Assembly: GCA_965603825.1 (NCBI GenBank)
Contig: CBFDEM010000004.1
Span: 248,001 to 312,000 of the forward strand
Reading direction: 5' to 3'
Length of the DNA: 64,000 bases
Source of the DNA: Blepharisma stoltei ATCC 30299
Lineage: Eukaryota > Protista > Ciliophora
The notes beneath the pieces are model-generated. The model did no database searches and was not told the origin of the DNA. It saw only the letters and a program-made list of their open reading frames with translations. Of the stretch, positions 47,219-60,800 are shown one piece after another. Positions within the stretch are counted from its first letter, which is position 1. Each line of letters begins with the position of its first letter. A program made the translations under genes and the position numbers.

Positions 47219-50200
47219 TTAAGTATTTTTTGTTCTCAAAAAATGAACCGAAATTTTCCATTTGTCTTCCCACTTGTCTTCCTCTGTAAGCATCTCTGTG
47301 AATTTATGAACATACTCTCTCAGTTTGGTCTCAAAAAGTAAAGAAAATACCCTAAAAGCTTCATTTCTGATTTTAATCAAGGATTTATGCCCAATATGTT
47401 TATAGCTTTGTATAGGTGCTGAGTCTGAAATATTCGGCTCTTCAGGAAGTTTCAAAACGTTTAATTGCAGTCCTGGCCATGTTTTCTTATAACCCCTCGG
47501 TCCTACAACTTCTCCTGGCTTTGCTGATTTTTTCTTTCTTGCCAATCTTTTGATGTTGCTTCTTTTTGGTTCTTCTTGCTCGTCACCGGGAAGCATAATA
47601 AAGTCTTGTTTTATCAATAAATTGTCATACAAGAACAACAGTGCCTCAGTATTATTTAAAAGCTTTATTTTAAACTCATCTGCATTTTTCCTAACGCTCT
47701 TCAAGAAATTATCATAGGCGTCTTTTATAAGTTTTTTGGCTCTTCCGCACCTTTCTTCTTCATTTTTATTGATTTCTTCTAGCTCTGCTCTACAGCTGGG
47801 GTTAGAAAGATTTGGCCTTAATAGCTTTTGGTGCTTCTCTTTAAGTTTTTCATCATTTTCGTAGTTCACCATAAGAGTTGATTCAATTCTTTCAATGTCC
47901 TGCTCGAAGACAAACTCCATCCCAAGCTCTAATGAATTAATAGTGCATTCAGCTAAAATTGATTCAAGTTCAGTTACCCTTTCAGCAGATTCTCTAAGTG
48001 CCTTAATTCTTTTCAATCTGAAATCTTCTACTGACGATTTCATTTTTCTTAAATATTTCTCCATGAAATCAGGGACTTGGGCGCCTTTTCCTGGATAAAG
48101 TTTAAGGGTTTCTTCACGGGCGATTTTCTCTATGTCAAGGATTTTTTGTCAGAAATTGGTCGGCTGCTTGGAGACTCCAATTTCAAAAAGCGGTGATAAA
48201 AGAAGCTCAAGTCTCGAAGCTTCTTGGAGGATTTCTTCAGGAGCTGGATTTAAATTTGGCAAATCTTCTCGCCAGGTCATTGGTTTCAATGCCTGAATTC
48301 CAGCTTCTTCTTTAAATGCTGATATATGAGATCCATATTTTTGCATGCAAGCTCTAAGAGAAATCAGAGTCCTTCTTATCTCTATTGCTAATGATGGAGT
48401 TCTGGTAGAAAACCTGGGTTCAGCTTTAGCTGCAATAATATCTTTATACTCTTCTACTAATCTTTCTAAATCAACAATTGTATTGTCAATTCCACCTTGC
48501 GCTCTCTCGCATTTAGTCATTTCTCCGGTAATTTTTTCTTGTGCATTTCTTTTCGGTGCTCTATATTTTTTCCCAATTCCTTCCCTTGCTGATAGGTTTT
48601 CCATACTTATAGCATATTCCTTTTCAAATGCTTTAATAGGCTCAACTCTTTCAATCTCAAGTTTCTTTTTCAAAGCTTCTATTACGTCTCTTCTTTTTCC
48701 TTGCAGCTCTCCCAATTCTTGATCAAGCGCATTGGTTTTTGATCTATAGAATTCTACTTCAGGAACTGAATATTGGCCGCCTTGCTCTATAAGTTGCAGC
48801 CCAGAAATGAATTTTTCATTTTGTTGAGAAAATGAAGAAATTTCTATATTGTTCAGCTCATCAAGCCTTGCAATAATTTTTCTCCCTTTTTGATAGACTG
48901 ATAAGTCATTGTCTTTAGCTCTGTTTAGCAAGCCTTGAAGCTCAGCTAAACTTGTGCCACTTGGCAATTGCGCTCTTAGCTGGTCTTGCGATACTTTATA
49001 ACTGACTAGCATATTATTGGCTTCATCCAGCAAGCTTTGGAATTCAGCTACATTGGAGTCTTTCTTTTTTTTGAATTCTTCAAGATACCTATCATATCTT
49101 TTATGATGCCCACGAATTTCGCTAGACCTTGCTGTATATTCATTGACTTCAAGTTTTCCCTTTCTAGGCCATAAATACCTGAGTTTTTCGTCTAATTCAT
49201 TAACACAAGCTTCTTTTAATTTTTTATCAAGTTTTGAAGCTGTAGCTATTTTTTGTGCTTTTTCAGATTTCACGTAGTCTATTGATTTTTCTCTTAATTT
49301 CAAAATTTCACTAGATAGAATTTCATAAGTTATAAATACATTTGTTTCTAAACAAGGATTCCCTTCAGGATCAATAGGCACAGGATCTTCAACAATTTCT
49401 ACAATTTCTGGTGAAGGCTGGACAATTTCCACTTTTTTCTCTTCAGCTTTCTTTGGGTCTGGCTTTTTCCCTCTATTCCTAGCTTCTTCTTTTTTTGCAA
49501 TCTCTTCTGCGATTTTTCTTTCTTCTTCTCTTTTCCTTGCCTCTTCTTCTTTTTGGAGTCGAATTCTTTCCTGCTCTCTATCTTCATCTGTAATTAGCAT
49601 TTCTTCCATGATATTTTTGACATTTCTGACATAAAACCACTTGGTTTCAGAGTATTCCCATTCTTCTAGCACTGGCATTTCAAATTTTGGCTCTTCTTCC
49701 TTTTTTCCTCCAGCCTTTTTCTTTCCCTCTTCAATTAATTTTTGCTTTTCTTCTTCATATTCTTTCAGCTTTGCTTGTCGAATCTGCTCAAAATAGTCAT
49801 TTTTCTTTTCTAGAGGCATCATGCCGAATTTTTCACCTAGCCTTTGAAAGAAGACTCCATAGCAATTTGCAATAATATTTCCATGATTATTTATGACATT
49901 TACTACATTTTCTGTATAAGAGCGGTATTCAGTGCCAATATCATCTAAAATAGCGAAGCAAGTCTTAAGTTTTTCTTCAAGCTCTTCTGGGGTAACTGTC
50001 TTTGTTAATTTATCCACATTTTCTTTAAACCTTTCTTCAAGTGTGTCTAAATTTTCATCATTTTGATCTCCCCGTGTGGCAAGTTCCAGCTCATATTTCT
50101 TTTCTTCTTCTATTTGCTTTTTACGCTGTTCATCATAGATAACAGCCATTCCTTTCCAAAAGTTGCCTAGAACATTGCAAATATCATTTGCCCTCACATC

Positions 50201-51472
50201 TGTGTCTTCTAGGTATTTTATTGACTTGGTTAGTAATTTTTTGCTTTCGTTTTTCCTGGCATCTACTAATACTTGGCACTCAGTGTCTACTAGCTTATCT
50301 AAGCTTTCATAACTGATCTTCGCTGCATAAAATTCCAGCTTATTTTTGGTAATTTCCAACAAATCATCAGCTTCTGAATCAATTTTGCTTTGCAAATTCA
50401 CTATTTTCGAAATTTTTTCATCATAAATAAGCTGAGCATTATTATTGAGCTTAGAAATTTTATCTATAAAGCCCTCAACTTTTTCCTGCGTGAGTTCTTC
50501 AGCACAGATATTCCCTAGCCTAGTCAGTCACTCTAGTCTTTTTTGGAAAATTTCTACTTGTTTGCCTTTCAAGTCTTTAAACATGTTTATCCTTTCTTCA
50601 GGATTAACAAATCGACTGCTTGTCATAGTGATTTTAAACTGCTGTAGCGTATAATCGTGATGGACAGTTCTTCACATTTCCTCTTTTGCTTCAATTCTTT
50701 CTTTGTAAGTTTCTCTTAAAATCTCTTCGCCTGCCCACAACTTTTCCATAAGACCAATTATGTGCTTTTCTCTTTCCTCTACCGTTTGCATCACAAATGA
50801 CCTTTTTTCGCCAACAAGGACTTCTACTTCTGGTGCCAGCATAAACGCGATTTCGATGAGCTGATCTTTAAGAAGATTTACGAAGCTATCAACTGAGGTT
50901 TGCCTGTCTTTTTCTAGCTTGAATAAGCCTGATCTTAACGTCTCAGCTTCTTCTCTCCTTTTCTTTAGGTGGTTATCATAGTTGTCGAAAGCTGCTTTAA
51001 GTCATTCAAGTTCTTTTGATAATAAAACATCATCGGATAAGCCATCAAGCATCTTATCCAGATCATCCTGGCTTGCTTTTGCAAACTGCTCCCACTTAAA
51101 AATCATATCTTCTCCACTGTGAGCCAAATTATCATACAAAGCTTCAATTCAGCCTTCAAACTCCTTAAGCAGGTTCAAATGTCTTAGTCTTCTTGACTCT
51201 TTTTGCTTCTGGATCATCGTCTCGATCCTTTCATTTTTCTCAGGAGGTCTATAGTTGCTTAACCCTCGAACCTCGCCTATAAGCGCTTCTTTCATGTCTT
51301 GGTTTTCTCTGAATTCAGTAACTGCTTTTTTTGATTTTCCTATGACCTGCTTGCCAACTGAGGTCAGAAGCGATTTAGTTGCTGTCCTTTCTTTCTGCAG
51401 AGCTGCATACAAACCTGTTGACCCTTTGGGTTGAGAGGTAGAACTTAGAAGTTCTTTTTGGGTCGTTCTCAT
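47219..51472 (-). CDS. CCDC180/CFAP76-like coiled-coil ciliary protein (DUF4455 + DUF4456), 1417 aa
   Basis: One frame via TGA at about 51149, 51003, 50672, 50528 and 48149. IAFMLAPEV, EM-W-RTVHH...FVNPEER, and C-terminal HQKLLRPNLSNPSCRAELEEI..NEEER. Confidence 0.78.
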
Positions 51473-51841
51473 ATTAATAGCTAAAATGAAGAGGTAAATG
51501 AAATTTCAAATAAATGATTTAAGTCGTTGTTTAGTGTTTCTTTTTAAAATTTAAAGCTTCTTATATTAAATAATACAGACTCTGTTGGTTTCGAATGATT
51601 TATAGTGCTAAAAGATTAATTCAATGCAGTTTGAAGTCATTATTTTTATCCTGCAAAGGATCAAAGTCCTAGAGCTCATCTCAAGAGTTAGCATTATTAT
51701 TACAATATTGAGGAAATAACGAAAACGATTAAATAAATTTACTTTATATTAATTTACTCTTTTGCTTTTAGCAGATGAATTATTAAATTTTTATAATGAA
51801 ACATAAGAAATGTGAATGAATTAATTATTCATTCATCGCAA

Positions 51842-53017
51842 TTAATAATCTTCTTCATCAGTATTTCTTTTAGGAATATAAGCAAGGACAATTGTTATAT
51901 CATCAGTATATTGGCTTTCATTAAACCCCCACCTGATTATAGCAAGATTTGCTAGCTTTTCTACAGCTAGTTTTAAATTGTCCTGGTATTTTCCAATCAA
52001 GTCTACAGCTTCTTGATCTGAAATAAATTCCCAGATTCCGTCGCTGCAGACTAATATAAACTCGTCCTCTTCACTTATATCTAAAATCTCAATATCAGGC
52101 TTATGAGTAACTCCCAGCTCTTTTGCATATTTATCCCCAAGAGATCGGCTCATTGCTAATCCTGGATAATTTTTTCCTTTTGCATATACCCTTTCCATAA
52201 TTTCGCCTTCTTGTATTAAAATTTCCCCGCCTCTTTTCTCAATCCGAGCTTTTTCTCTTGGCTCTGAAGGACGATGATCAGTTGTTATGGGAACTGCTTT
52301 GAGCTCATTATTTATTTTTTTAGCCATAACAACACGAGAGTCTCCAACATGAGCCACTATTAGGTGGGCTTCATCACAATAAACAAATGAAGAAGTAGTC
52401 CCTGATATATCTCAATTGAAAATCAAATCAGAGCTCGGAAATCCAGTCGCCAATGATTTTTCACAATTTTTGAAAGATTTTTTAATCGCTCTTTGAGGAT
52501 TTTCATGCCATTTTGAATGAGCCAAAATGCTTTTAGGAAGGAATAGTTTAACGAAATGTGATACATTATGGCCAAGAGGCCCATGGCCATCAAAAACACC
52601 AACTACAAAGCTTTGTTTGCCAATTGAAATATAAAAATCGTCCTGGTTTGGCATTCATGATTTTAGCCCTTTTTTGCATACCGCTCATATCCCTGATCTA
52701 TACAAATAGTTCTTTTGAGTATCGTCTCCTTCTATTTTTCATGATTTTTCTCTATAAGCTTCCTGGATTTCTTCTATCTGATTCCCAAGATACAACGCAT
52801 TTCTATCCAAGTCTCTCCACTTCGGTCTATAAAACCTATTTGCTTCTGTAGCAAGCTGCTTCAATATTTCTGCATCAGGCACAATTTCCACCTGTTTTTC
52901 TTCCCCCTTTAAATTCCGGTTTCCAGTTTTCAATTTTTCTAGTTTTTGCTCGTTTGGCTCAGTAACCTGAGTGACTTTTGTCTCCGAATGTTTACTTTTT
53001 GATGTACAAGATCCCAT
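51842..53017 (-). CDS. PP2C/PPM phosphatase with predicted N-terminal acylation (MGSCTS), 391 aa
   Basis: CKKGLK..PNQDDF, GVFDGHG..GH, SGTT, AHVGDSR, DH.P, GLAMSRSLGD, CSDGIWEF, DDITI. Four TGA codons. Confidence 0.93.
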
Positions 53018-53100
53018 TTCTGGAAAATAATTATAGTGGTTCTTAAGTTAATAAAGAAGAAATTATTTCTTTCTAATCTGATATAGCGAATTAGCCAAAT

Positions 53101-53796
53101 TTAAGTTGAATGCTGGTGGTCTACATCTGCTTCTTCAGCGATCTTGCTTCTTTGGGTTTGAAGCTCTTTAATGAAAATAGTAGAAGTTAACCCTCCCAAA
53201 ATTCCTCCGATAAGTGGTCCAATTATATAAATCCAGGTATTTCCAAAATGATCACCGTCCTTGAATAAATGGATTAAATTGACACCGAAGCCGACTGCAG
53301 GGTTAAAGCATCCTCCAGAAATATTTCCAACTGACCAATCGCCAGCAGTAACACTCATTGATACAGCAGCACCGACTAATAAATTTGAATCAGTCAAAAC
53401 ACCAGCCATAATTGCATTTGCGCAGAGTAAAGTAGTGTAAAGAAATTCAGCTAAAAAGGCTTCACCCCTATTATAGCCGAGAGCGACGTCGAAATATGCA
53501 GCGTATCTCACAATACCCCAAGAAAGAAGGGCTGCCATGATAGATCCTGTTATTTGGGCTACGATAAAAAGCATGTATTCTTTAAGTTCAGTCGTCGTAA
53601 GGGTCTTTGTAATATGTTTCCTTGTGATTATTGCTAAAGTAACAGCGGGATTAAACTGGCCACCTGAAGAAAACCCTGTAAAAATCTGTGCAGCCCATAA
53701 TGTGCCTCCTACAGTGAAAGGTTGGCCTTGACTTACACCTACACCGAAAACTAAAAAGAAGGTGCCTACGAATTCAGCTACAAGTCTTCTAATCAT
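53101..53796 (-). CDS. Aquaporin / MIP channel, 231 aa
   Basis: AEFVGTF, SGGQFNPAVT, AEF.YT, SGGCFNPAVG, WIYIIGPLIGG. Confidence 0.93.
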   Translation of the reverse strand: MIRRLVAEFVGTFFLVFGVGVSQGQPFTVGGTLWAAQIFTGFSSGGQFNPAVTLAIITRKHITKTLTTTELKEYMLFIVAQITGSIMAALLSWGIVRYAAYFDVALGYNRGEAFLAEFLYTTLLCANAIMAGVLTDSNLLVGAAVSMSVTAGDWSVGNISGGCFNPAVGFGVNLIHLFKDGDHFGNTWIYIIGPLIGGILGGLTSTIFIKELQTQRSKIAEEADVDHQHST

Positions 53797-54320
53797 TTAT
53801 TATTATCCATTTAAGACTTTTAAGAATTTGATAGAAAATTAATCAGGTTGAATTTGCAAATTAAGATTTTATTAGAAAAATTATTTTTAAAATAATTAGC
53901 TAGTTACATTTTTTGAGATTAAAAAATCATGTTATCTCAAAGGCATCGATATATCTAACTAGCTCTATTATTCTCTAATTCACTTAAAATATAGTATACA
54001 AGAAATGAGTAATGCTAAGCTGCCATGCTGTAATTAAGATCAGAAATATGAATTATCTTCCTAAAGGTTATATACGAAAAAACTATACTGATAAAAAACT
54101 AGTTTAAATAAAAGTCCAGTATAAATGCCGTAAATTTTATAACAATTTATTATAATTAAATAGATTTCTTTAGTCTATTTCTATCAACATAATCCTTTGC
54201 TAACTATAATGATTTCAGTTGACCTACCAACGATCAGTTAATTGCAGTTGAAAATTGAACCATCCTCTTTCATAAGTTAATAATGAAGTCCTCCACCAAT
54301 AAAAATAAACTATTACAACT

Positions 54321-54815
54321 ATGGTAGGGCAAGAAATTAGCGACGTGAAGATCAGTACAGTTTTAAAGATAGTAACCTTAATCTCAGGGATTGCTCTTGC
54401 AGCTTTAGCAATCTATAAGTTTACTGCTTTAGGAATATTTGATGCCCGCGATTTCTGTCTGACTTGCTACTATATAATATTTGGAATCCTTATAGCCCTA
54501 TCAGAAATGCCTTGCAAGTGCTTAATGTCCTGCACTTCATTTTTAGGGTTTTACATTGGTAAAGCTATCTTCTGCATTTTCCTCGGTACGATTGTATTTA
54601 ATAAAGGAAATGCTTTTTTCTTGATCTTAGCAGTGGCATTTTGGTGTGAAGGGATTCTTTACTTTGTTCTTGCCTGCTCTTGTAAATCGAAGCTTGTTAA
54701 TAAAGATGACGAAGAAACAGATGAAGTGAAAGAAAAACCAAAAGAAGAAGAGCAAAACGGTTTTAAATCTGTTGATTTGCAAGGATCAGGAGCTGATAAT
54801 AGCTCTGCAGTTTAA
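54321..54815 (+). CDS. COPI-associated / Tvp15-like Golgi membrane protein, 164 aa
   Basis: Four hydrophobic segments; YYIIFG...SE...FL..YIGKAIFCIFLG. Confidence 0.65.
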   Translation: MVGQEISDVKISTVLKIVTLISGIALAALAIYKFTALGIFDARDFCLTCYYIIFGILIALSEMPCKCLMSCTSFLGFYIGKAIFCIFLGTIVFNKGNAFFLILAVAFWCEGILYFVLACSCKSKLVNKDDEETDEVKEKPKEEEQNGFKSVDLQGSGADNSSAV

Positions 54816-54847
54816 ATTCAAATAATCATTTATATTAAAATTAAAAA

Positions 54848-57800
54848 ATGTTCATTTTGTATCTACTCTATTTGCTGAGCACTACCTTAGGCAAGCTTTA
54901 TCCACATCAAGGGTGAGGCGGAACTGTGAATTTAAATGCAGCAAGTGATTCTTATTGTACCATTCAAAATACACAACAAAGTCTTTTGGGAAAATGCCAA
55001 ATTACGTGCAGCGTAGAAGGAGAATTAAGTGTTTTGATAAATTCAGGGAGTTCAACTTACTATGATTTTTACCAGTGCCATAAGCAATGCCAAATTAGTT
55101 CAATTAATGTAACAACTGCGTACTCATCAACTCCTTACAATATTTCAATTACTGGGTCTAATTTTTATTCATCTGGAGATTATTCCTGTGCTATTGGGAA
55201 TTATTATTTCGCAGCCTACATTGTCTCCACTACACAAGCTATATGTGAGTATACTTCCTTGCCTCCAGGAACTTATGCACTTTCACTTTCTCCAAATCAT
55301 GCTACGTATACAAATAGTTTGCAAATTACTGTTCAAGTTACACCTTTGATATTATCAATTACTCCTGCAAAGAGCTATTATCCTGCTACATTAAGTTTAA
55401 ATGGAAAATATCTATCTACGGCATTCTACTGCTCGTTTGGGAGCTCAAAATCGCAATTGTATTCAATTACTGGAACATCTGCTAGCTGCGATGCTCCAAG
55501 CAATACCGTGGGAAGCATTAGCCTGACTATTGTTGATAGCCAAGGTATTTCACTTAGCCAAGTTTATCAGGTTAACGTGATTAGTAAAATTTCTATTACA
55601 AGTACCTATCCAGCTCTAATTTTTTATAACTCTTTAGAAGTTTATGTAAAAGGAGAGATCTATGGAGATCTGTCTTGCAGCTTCAACAGCAGCAACACAA
55701 TTTCTGCAGAAGTTATCTCAAGTGATGTTTTATTATGCAACACTGCCACTTTATCGGACGGGACATATACACTAGGTATAGTCGATTCAAGCGGAAAAAC
55801 AGTTTCATCTAATTACTTAACCGTTTATAAGCTAACTGGATCCACAACAGAATCATCTACTTTGTTAAGCAATGGAGATGTAGAAATTAATTTAGTATCA
55901 AATTTGAATTTGGGTCAAAATTTATACTGCAAATGGGGAAATAATGCAGGGCTCTTAATGAATGTTATTTCAGCAAACTTATATATGTGCTCGCTATCAA
56001 ATGTATTGGATGTTGGCACATGATGCCTAGAAATTTCGTTTGATTATGGTGATAGCTATAGCAATAGTTGTAAGCTAGAAATAAGCCGTTTTCGGCAGGG
56101 GTTGTTAGAGAGTATAAATCCAGAGCAAGTTATGCTGCAAGGAGCAAATATAACTGTTCATGGATTTTATTTGGAGAGCGGGCCAAGCTATTCATGCATC
56201 TTTAATGATGGATCGACATCACAAACAGTAGCAGCTTCTAAGAACAATTTTGATCTTTACTGCTACTCTCCTTCTGCTAGTTCAGCTGGAAAACAAACAC
56301 TATCAATTGATCAAGATCTAAAAACTATTGCACAATTCTCAGTGAATTATGTCAATTCTGCAAATATTGTTTCTGCTAGTCCAAATATAATTAGCAAATC
56401 TGGCTCAACCCAAATGTCGATTTCTGGGTCAAACTTTCAAAATTATTTATATGATGGCACTGAAACAAAATGCAAATGAACTTTACCCAGTGGGAACACT
56501 TACTATACACAAATTCAATATCTTTCGTCATCGCAAATAAATTGTTACTCACCTAATATACAAGCAGAAACAGATTTCAGCTGATCAACAGTATCAGTAT
56601 TGAATTTAGACAGCAGCAGCTCAAATGATATAAGCTTGCAGATAGCTGATCCCCCAGCCCTAACAACTCAAATCCCAAATCAAATAATGGAAGGATATAT
56701 GATGTATTTATTCCTGGATGGCTCAGGATTTATAAACTCTGATTTATTATCAGTCAAAATCTCTCAAAATGGAAATCTTGTTATGACGACTGCTGCAAGC
56801 TGGATATCTGATTCCTTGGCTTCTTTTAAAATTTACTTAACGATCTCAAACTTTTTTCTTGGCTCTTTATCAATTTCAGCTTCAAATAATGGCCAAGATT
56901 TTTCGAATTCCCTTGATATAAAATATTACCCCCACCCTTATCTAGGAAAATTGCAGTTTGAAGGTTCTCCGTTTATTGGAGGAGACACGCTAACTGTGTA
57001 TGGAAATGGATATATTGAAGAGTTATCTTGTATATTTGGTGATATAAGCGTTTCTGCTACAGTGAAGAGCTATTCATCCCTTCAATGTATCACTCCTTAC
57101 CATTCAACAGGCACAGTTGATTTTAAATTAGAAATGAATAACTGAATTTTTGATGTGAATCCGCTGACTTTTGAATTTATTGATCATATTGAGTATTCTT
57201 TAGAGCCTTCTCAAGGCAAATCTTCTGGAGGAACGACTGTCACAATTGTAGGAAGCTACTCAAATATTTTACTTTCAAACTCAGATATAAGGTGCAGGTT
57301 TGGCAGCACTTATACAGTGGGCACTATAGTGGGTAATCAAATCACATGCACATCACCTGGGGGAACAGGATCTATTTATGTGGATATTTATGTAGATGGA
57401 ATTATTTATTCTCCACTAGATGGCCCATCAAACTCTTTTCTTTATACCAGTTATCCATCAATCACTGGCTTATCCATCACAAAAGGCCCATCAAGAGGGA
57501 ATACTCCAGTCGTTCTTCAATGCAGTGGCTGTGATAATTCCTATCAGTGGTGGTGCTTATTTGGCGAAGAATGGTCAATAGCTGCATTTATAAGCTCATC
57601 AAAAGTTCTCTGCTTGGCTCCTTCTCAATTATATGGGTCAGATGTAAGTGTATCTCTTTCAAATAATAAAGTAGAACTTGCTAGCTCTTCAGCTAAATAT
57701 ACATATTATCTAGATGTGCAGGTCACTTCTGGCACTTCTTTATCAGGCCCAAGAACTGGTGGAACTTTAGTAACGATTACAGGAGTATCATTAGACCCTG

Positions 57801-60800
57801 CAATTTCCTGCATTTTTGGGGATCAGAGTGTTTCCATAGCCTCTCTTTCGACTCATCAACTCACATGCATTTCGCCAGCATATTATCCAGGAGGCTATGT
57901 GCCATTTAAATTGACTGGGAATGGTGTAGGGATAACAGATTCAAGCCTGAAATTTTATTACTTTCCTGATATCATGGTCACTAGCATATCACCTAACATT
58001 ATTCCAAGCTCTGGTGGAACTTTAGTTACAATCAATGGAGCAAACTTTTTTGAGTAAATTTTATGTAGTGGAGTTTATTGCAAGTTTGGGTCAACTGTTT
58101 CAAAAGCAGCTTATATAAGCAGCACACAAATCACATGTCAAGCTCCAAAGCAGCTTTCTGGAAGCGAAATTGTATTGAATCTTTCAGGCGATAATCAGAA
58201 TTTCGTAGATTTTAAAGAAATAACGACACTTTCTATATATTCTGATCCAACAATTTCTACCATTTCTCCGACTGTAGTAACCGAAAATACCATTATAAAA
58301 ATCAGCGGGTCCGGCTTTATAGATACAAGCAACTTCATCTGCAAAATTGGAGGAGTCTCCTCCCCATGAAGATTTTTAGCTTCGAATCAGTTTTATTGTA
58401 TTAACCCTGATCTGTCAACAGACCAAGCTGAAATCGATGTTTCCCTAAATTCCCAAGACTTCTCAAAGCTCTATACAGTTAGCAACACCTATGAACCATT
58501 TGTTTTATACGCAAAACCTTTCATTGGAAGAACACATGGAGGAGCATCGGTTTCAGTGATAACAACAAATGTCATAAATGGTCCATACATATCTTGTCTA
58601 TTTGAGATGTACTATCCTCAATACTCAGGACTTACTAATCAGTTTATTGTTTCTGCTTCTTACCAAGACGAAACAACAATGATATGTGTTTCACCTCAAG
58701 TGAACTATCCAGGCACAGCAAAGATAAGGGTATCCAATGATGGCCAGCAATGGTCAAATTCTTATGCGGCATTTTATTATATCGAGACATGCAAGGATGG
58801 CATGGCATGCAGCGATAACAGCATAACTCAATGCTCAAAAGGAAAATACTGCCTTGAACAGGCCTGGTATCAAGAAATGAGCTGCGCTTATGGGTCGTAT
58901 CAAGACGAAATTGGGCAAAACACATGCAAGCCTTGTCCTTATGGGTCTATATGCCCTAGCCAAGGGATGACCACTCCAAGCAACTGCCCTGACAATAAAC
59001 TCTGCGGAGGGTATGAATTAATTTATCCAACAGGAGATTGTCCAGACGGATTTTCTTGAAGCTCAACATCCAGAAGTTTCTCAATTTGCACAGAAGGGAT
59101 ATATTGTAAGGCTGGATCAAATAGCACTTGCTATGATGGGTTTCTATGCTCAATGGGAAGTGAAGAATTTTATGGTCAGTCAAGCTGTCCTCCTGGATTT
59201 TACTGCACAGGTAATGAAATAATTCCTTGCCCACCAAGGTACTATTGCAGTGGAGGAGCAAACACAAAGCCCATAGCTTGCCCAGTTGGGACTTACAACA
59301 GTTTAATAGGTCAGAGAAACTGCACAGCTTGTCCGATTGGCTACGTGTGTCCACACAAAGCATTGATCCGCCCTCAAGCATGCCCGCCTGGGTATATATG
59401 TGACACTGAGTCCTTGCGATTCCCTGAAAAGCTATGCACTGCAGGATATTACTGCAGCGGAAGCGTAGAAACAGCTTTTACTTCAAGGCCATGCTATGCC
59501 ATAACATCAAAAAATGCAGAAAATTCAGGATATTGTGGGTATAATGTAATGATAGGGATTAATGATACAGACAATTACTCAAGCAAGCTGAGCCAATTCA
59601 GCTATACAGGTACAGATCTATGCTGCTGAAATTCGACGACGACTTCAGAATTTATTTTATCGAGCATCAGTTCTACTAGTGCCTTTGTGGATTTAGCTTC
59701 AATCATCACTGATGAAGGGCTAACAGGAATGGATCTCTACTCAGTGCCATCTCAATCAACAACTGGAATTATTGGGAGCTACAGAGCTCTATTGGACAGC
59801 AGCAAATATTTCTCAAATATAGAAGATCAGGCTCTTTATGATTTTTATATATACCAAGTCACTACTGCCTTAGCCGCTACCATTTGTCCAGCAGGAGTTT
59901 ATTGTTTATCAGGGACCACAACTCCTGTACCATCGGATAGCTCTTCTCGTTCTGCAAGTGTCTGCAATAAAGGCACTTACTGTGAAGCAGGCTCAAGCAC
60001 TCCTCAAGGATCTGGGCTTTGTCCAGTCGGCTATTATTGTCCTGAAGGCACTGGCTCTCCAATTCCAGCAGATCCTGGATATGAAGTTACCCACACAGGA
60101 AATGCCAACGAAAGTTCTTGCTCTCCAGGGTTCTATACTTATACCAATCAGACTTCCAAATGTTTATCGTGCCCAAGTGGGTATGAATGCCAAAATTACG
60201 GAGTTGTTTGGCCAAATATTTGTTTGGAAAGCTACTATCGAAATTACGAAGAGTCAAATCTTTGTTTCGAATGTCCTTTAGGAACATGAAGCTATGAACT
60301 AGGCCTGATTTCTATATACGAGTGCTTCCCATGCCCAGAAGGAAGAATTTGTGGAGACTCTCCAGTTTTTAACTCCTCAAACTCAGAGACTTGTCTTGAA
60401 GGAGAGGTGTGTGATGAAGCCGCTCCTACTGCAAATAATCAAAAATGCCCTGGAGGATTTGTGTGTGGTTCTGGAACAACTCCAACTACTAAGTATGATA
60501 GCCCATGCAAATCGGGATTTTTCTGCTCTGAAGGGACTTCTAAAAGCAATGAATATTTATTCCCATGCCCTGACACTGCATATTGCCCTCCGTGCACTTG
60601 AGATTATATAGCATTTTATGAAAATTCTTCATCTGCCAGTGACACAGCTTCTTCCAACTACCCTCCAACCATGTGTCCTGAAGGGACTGGTAATGACAGT
60701 AACAATGGAAAGCAAACTCTTACTGACTGTATACAGCAAAATGCTTACAGTGGAAAGAAGTACTTAATTGAAATCAATCCAGTTAATGAATCCTTGGTTT

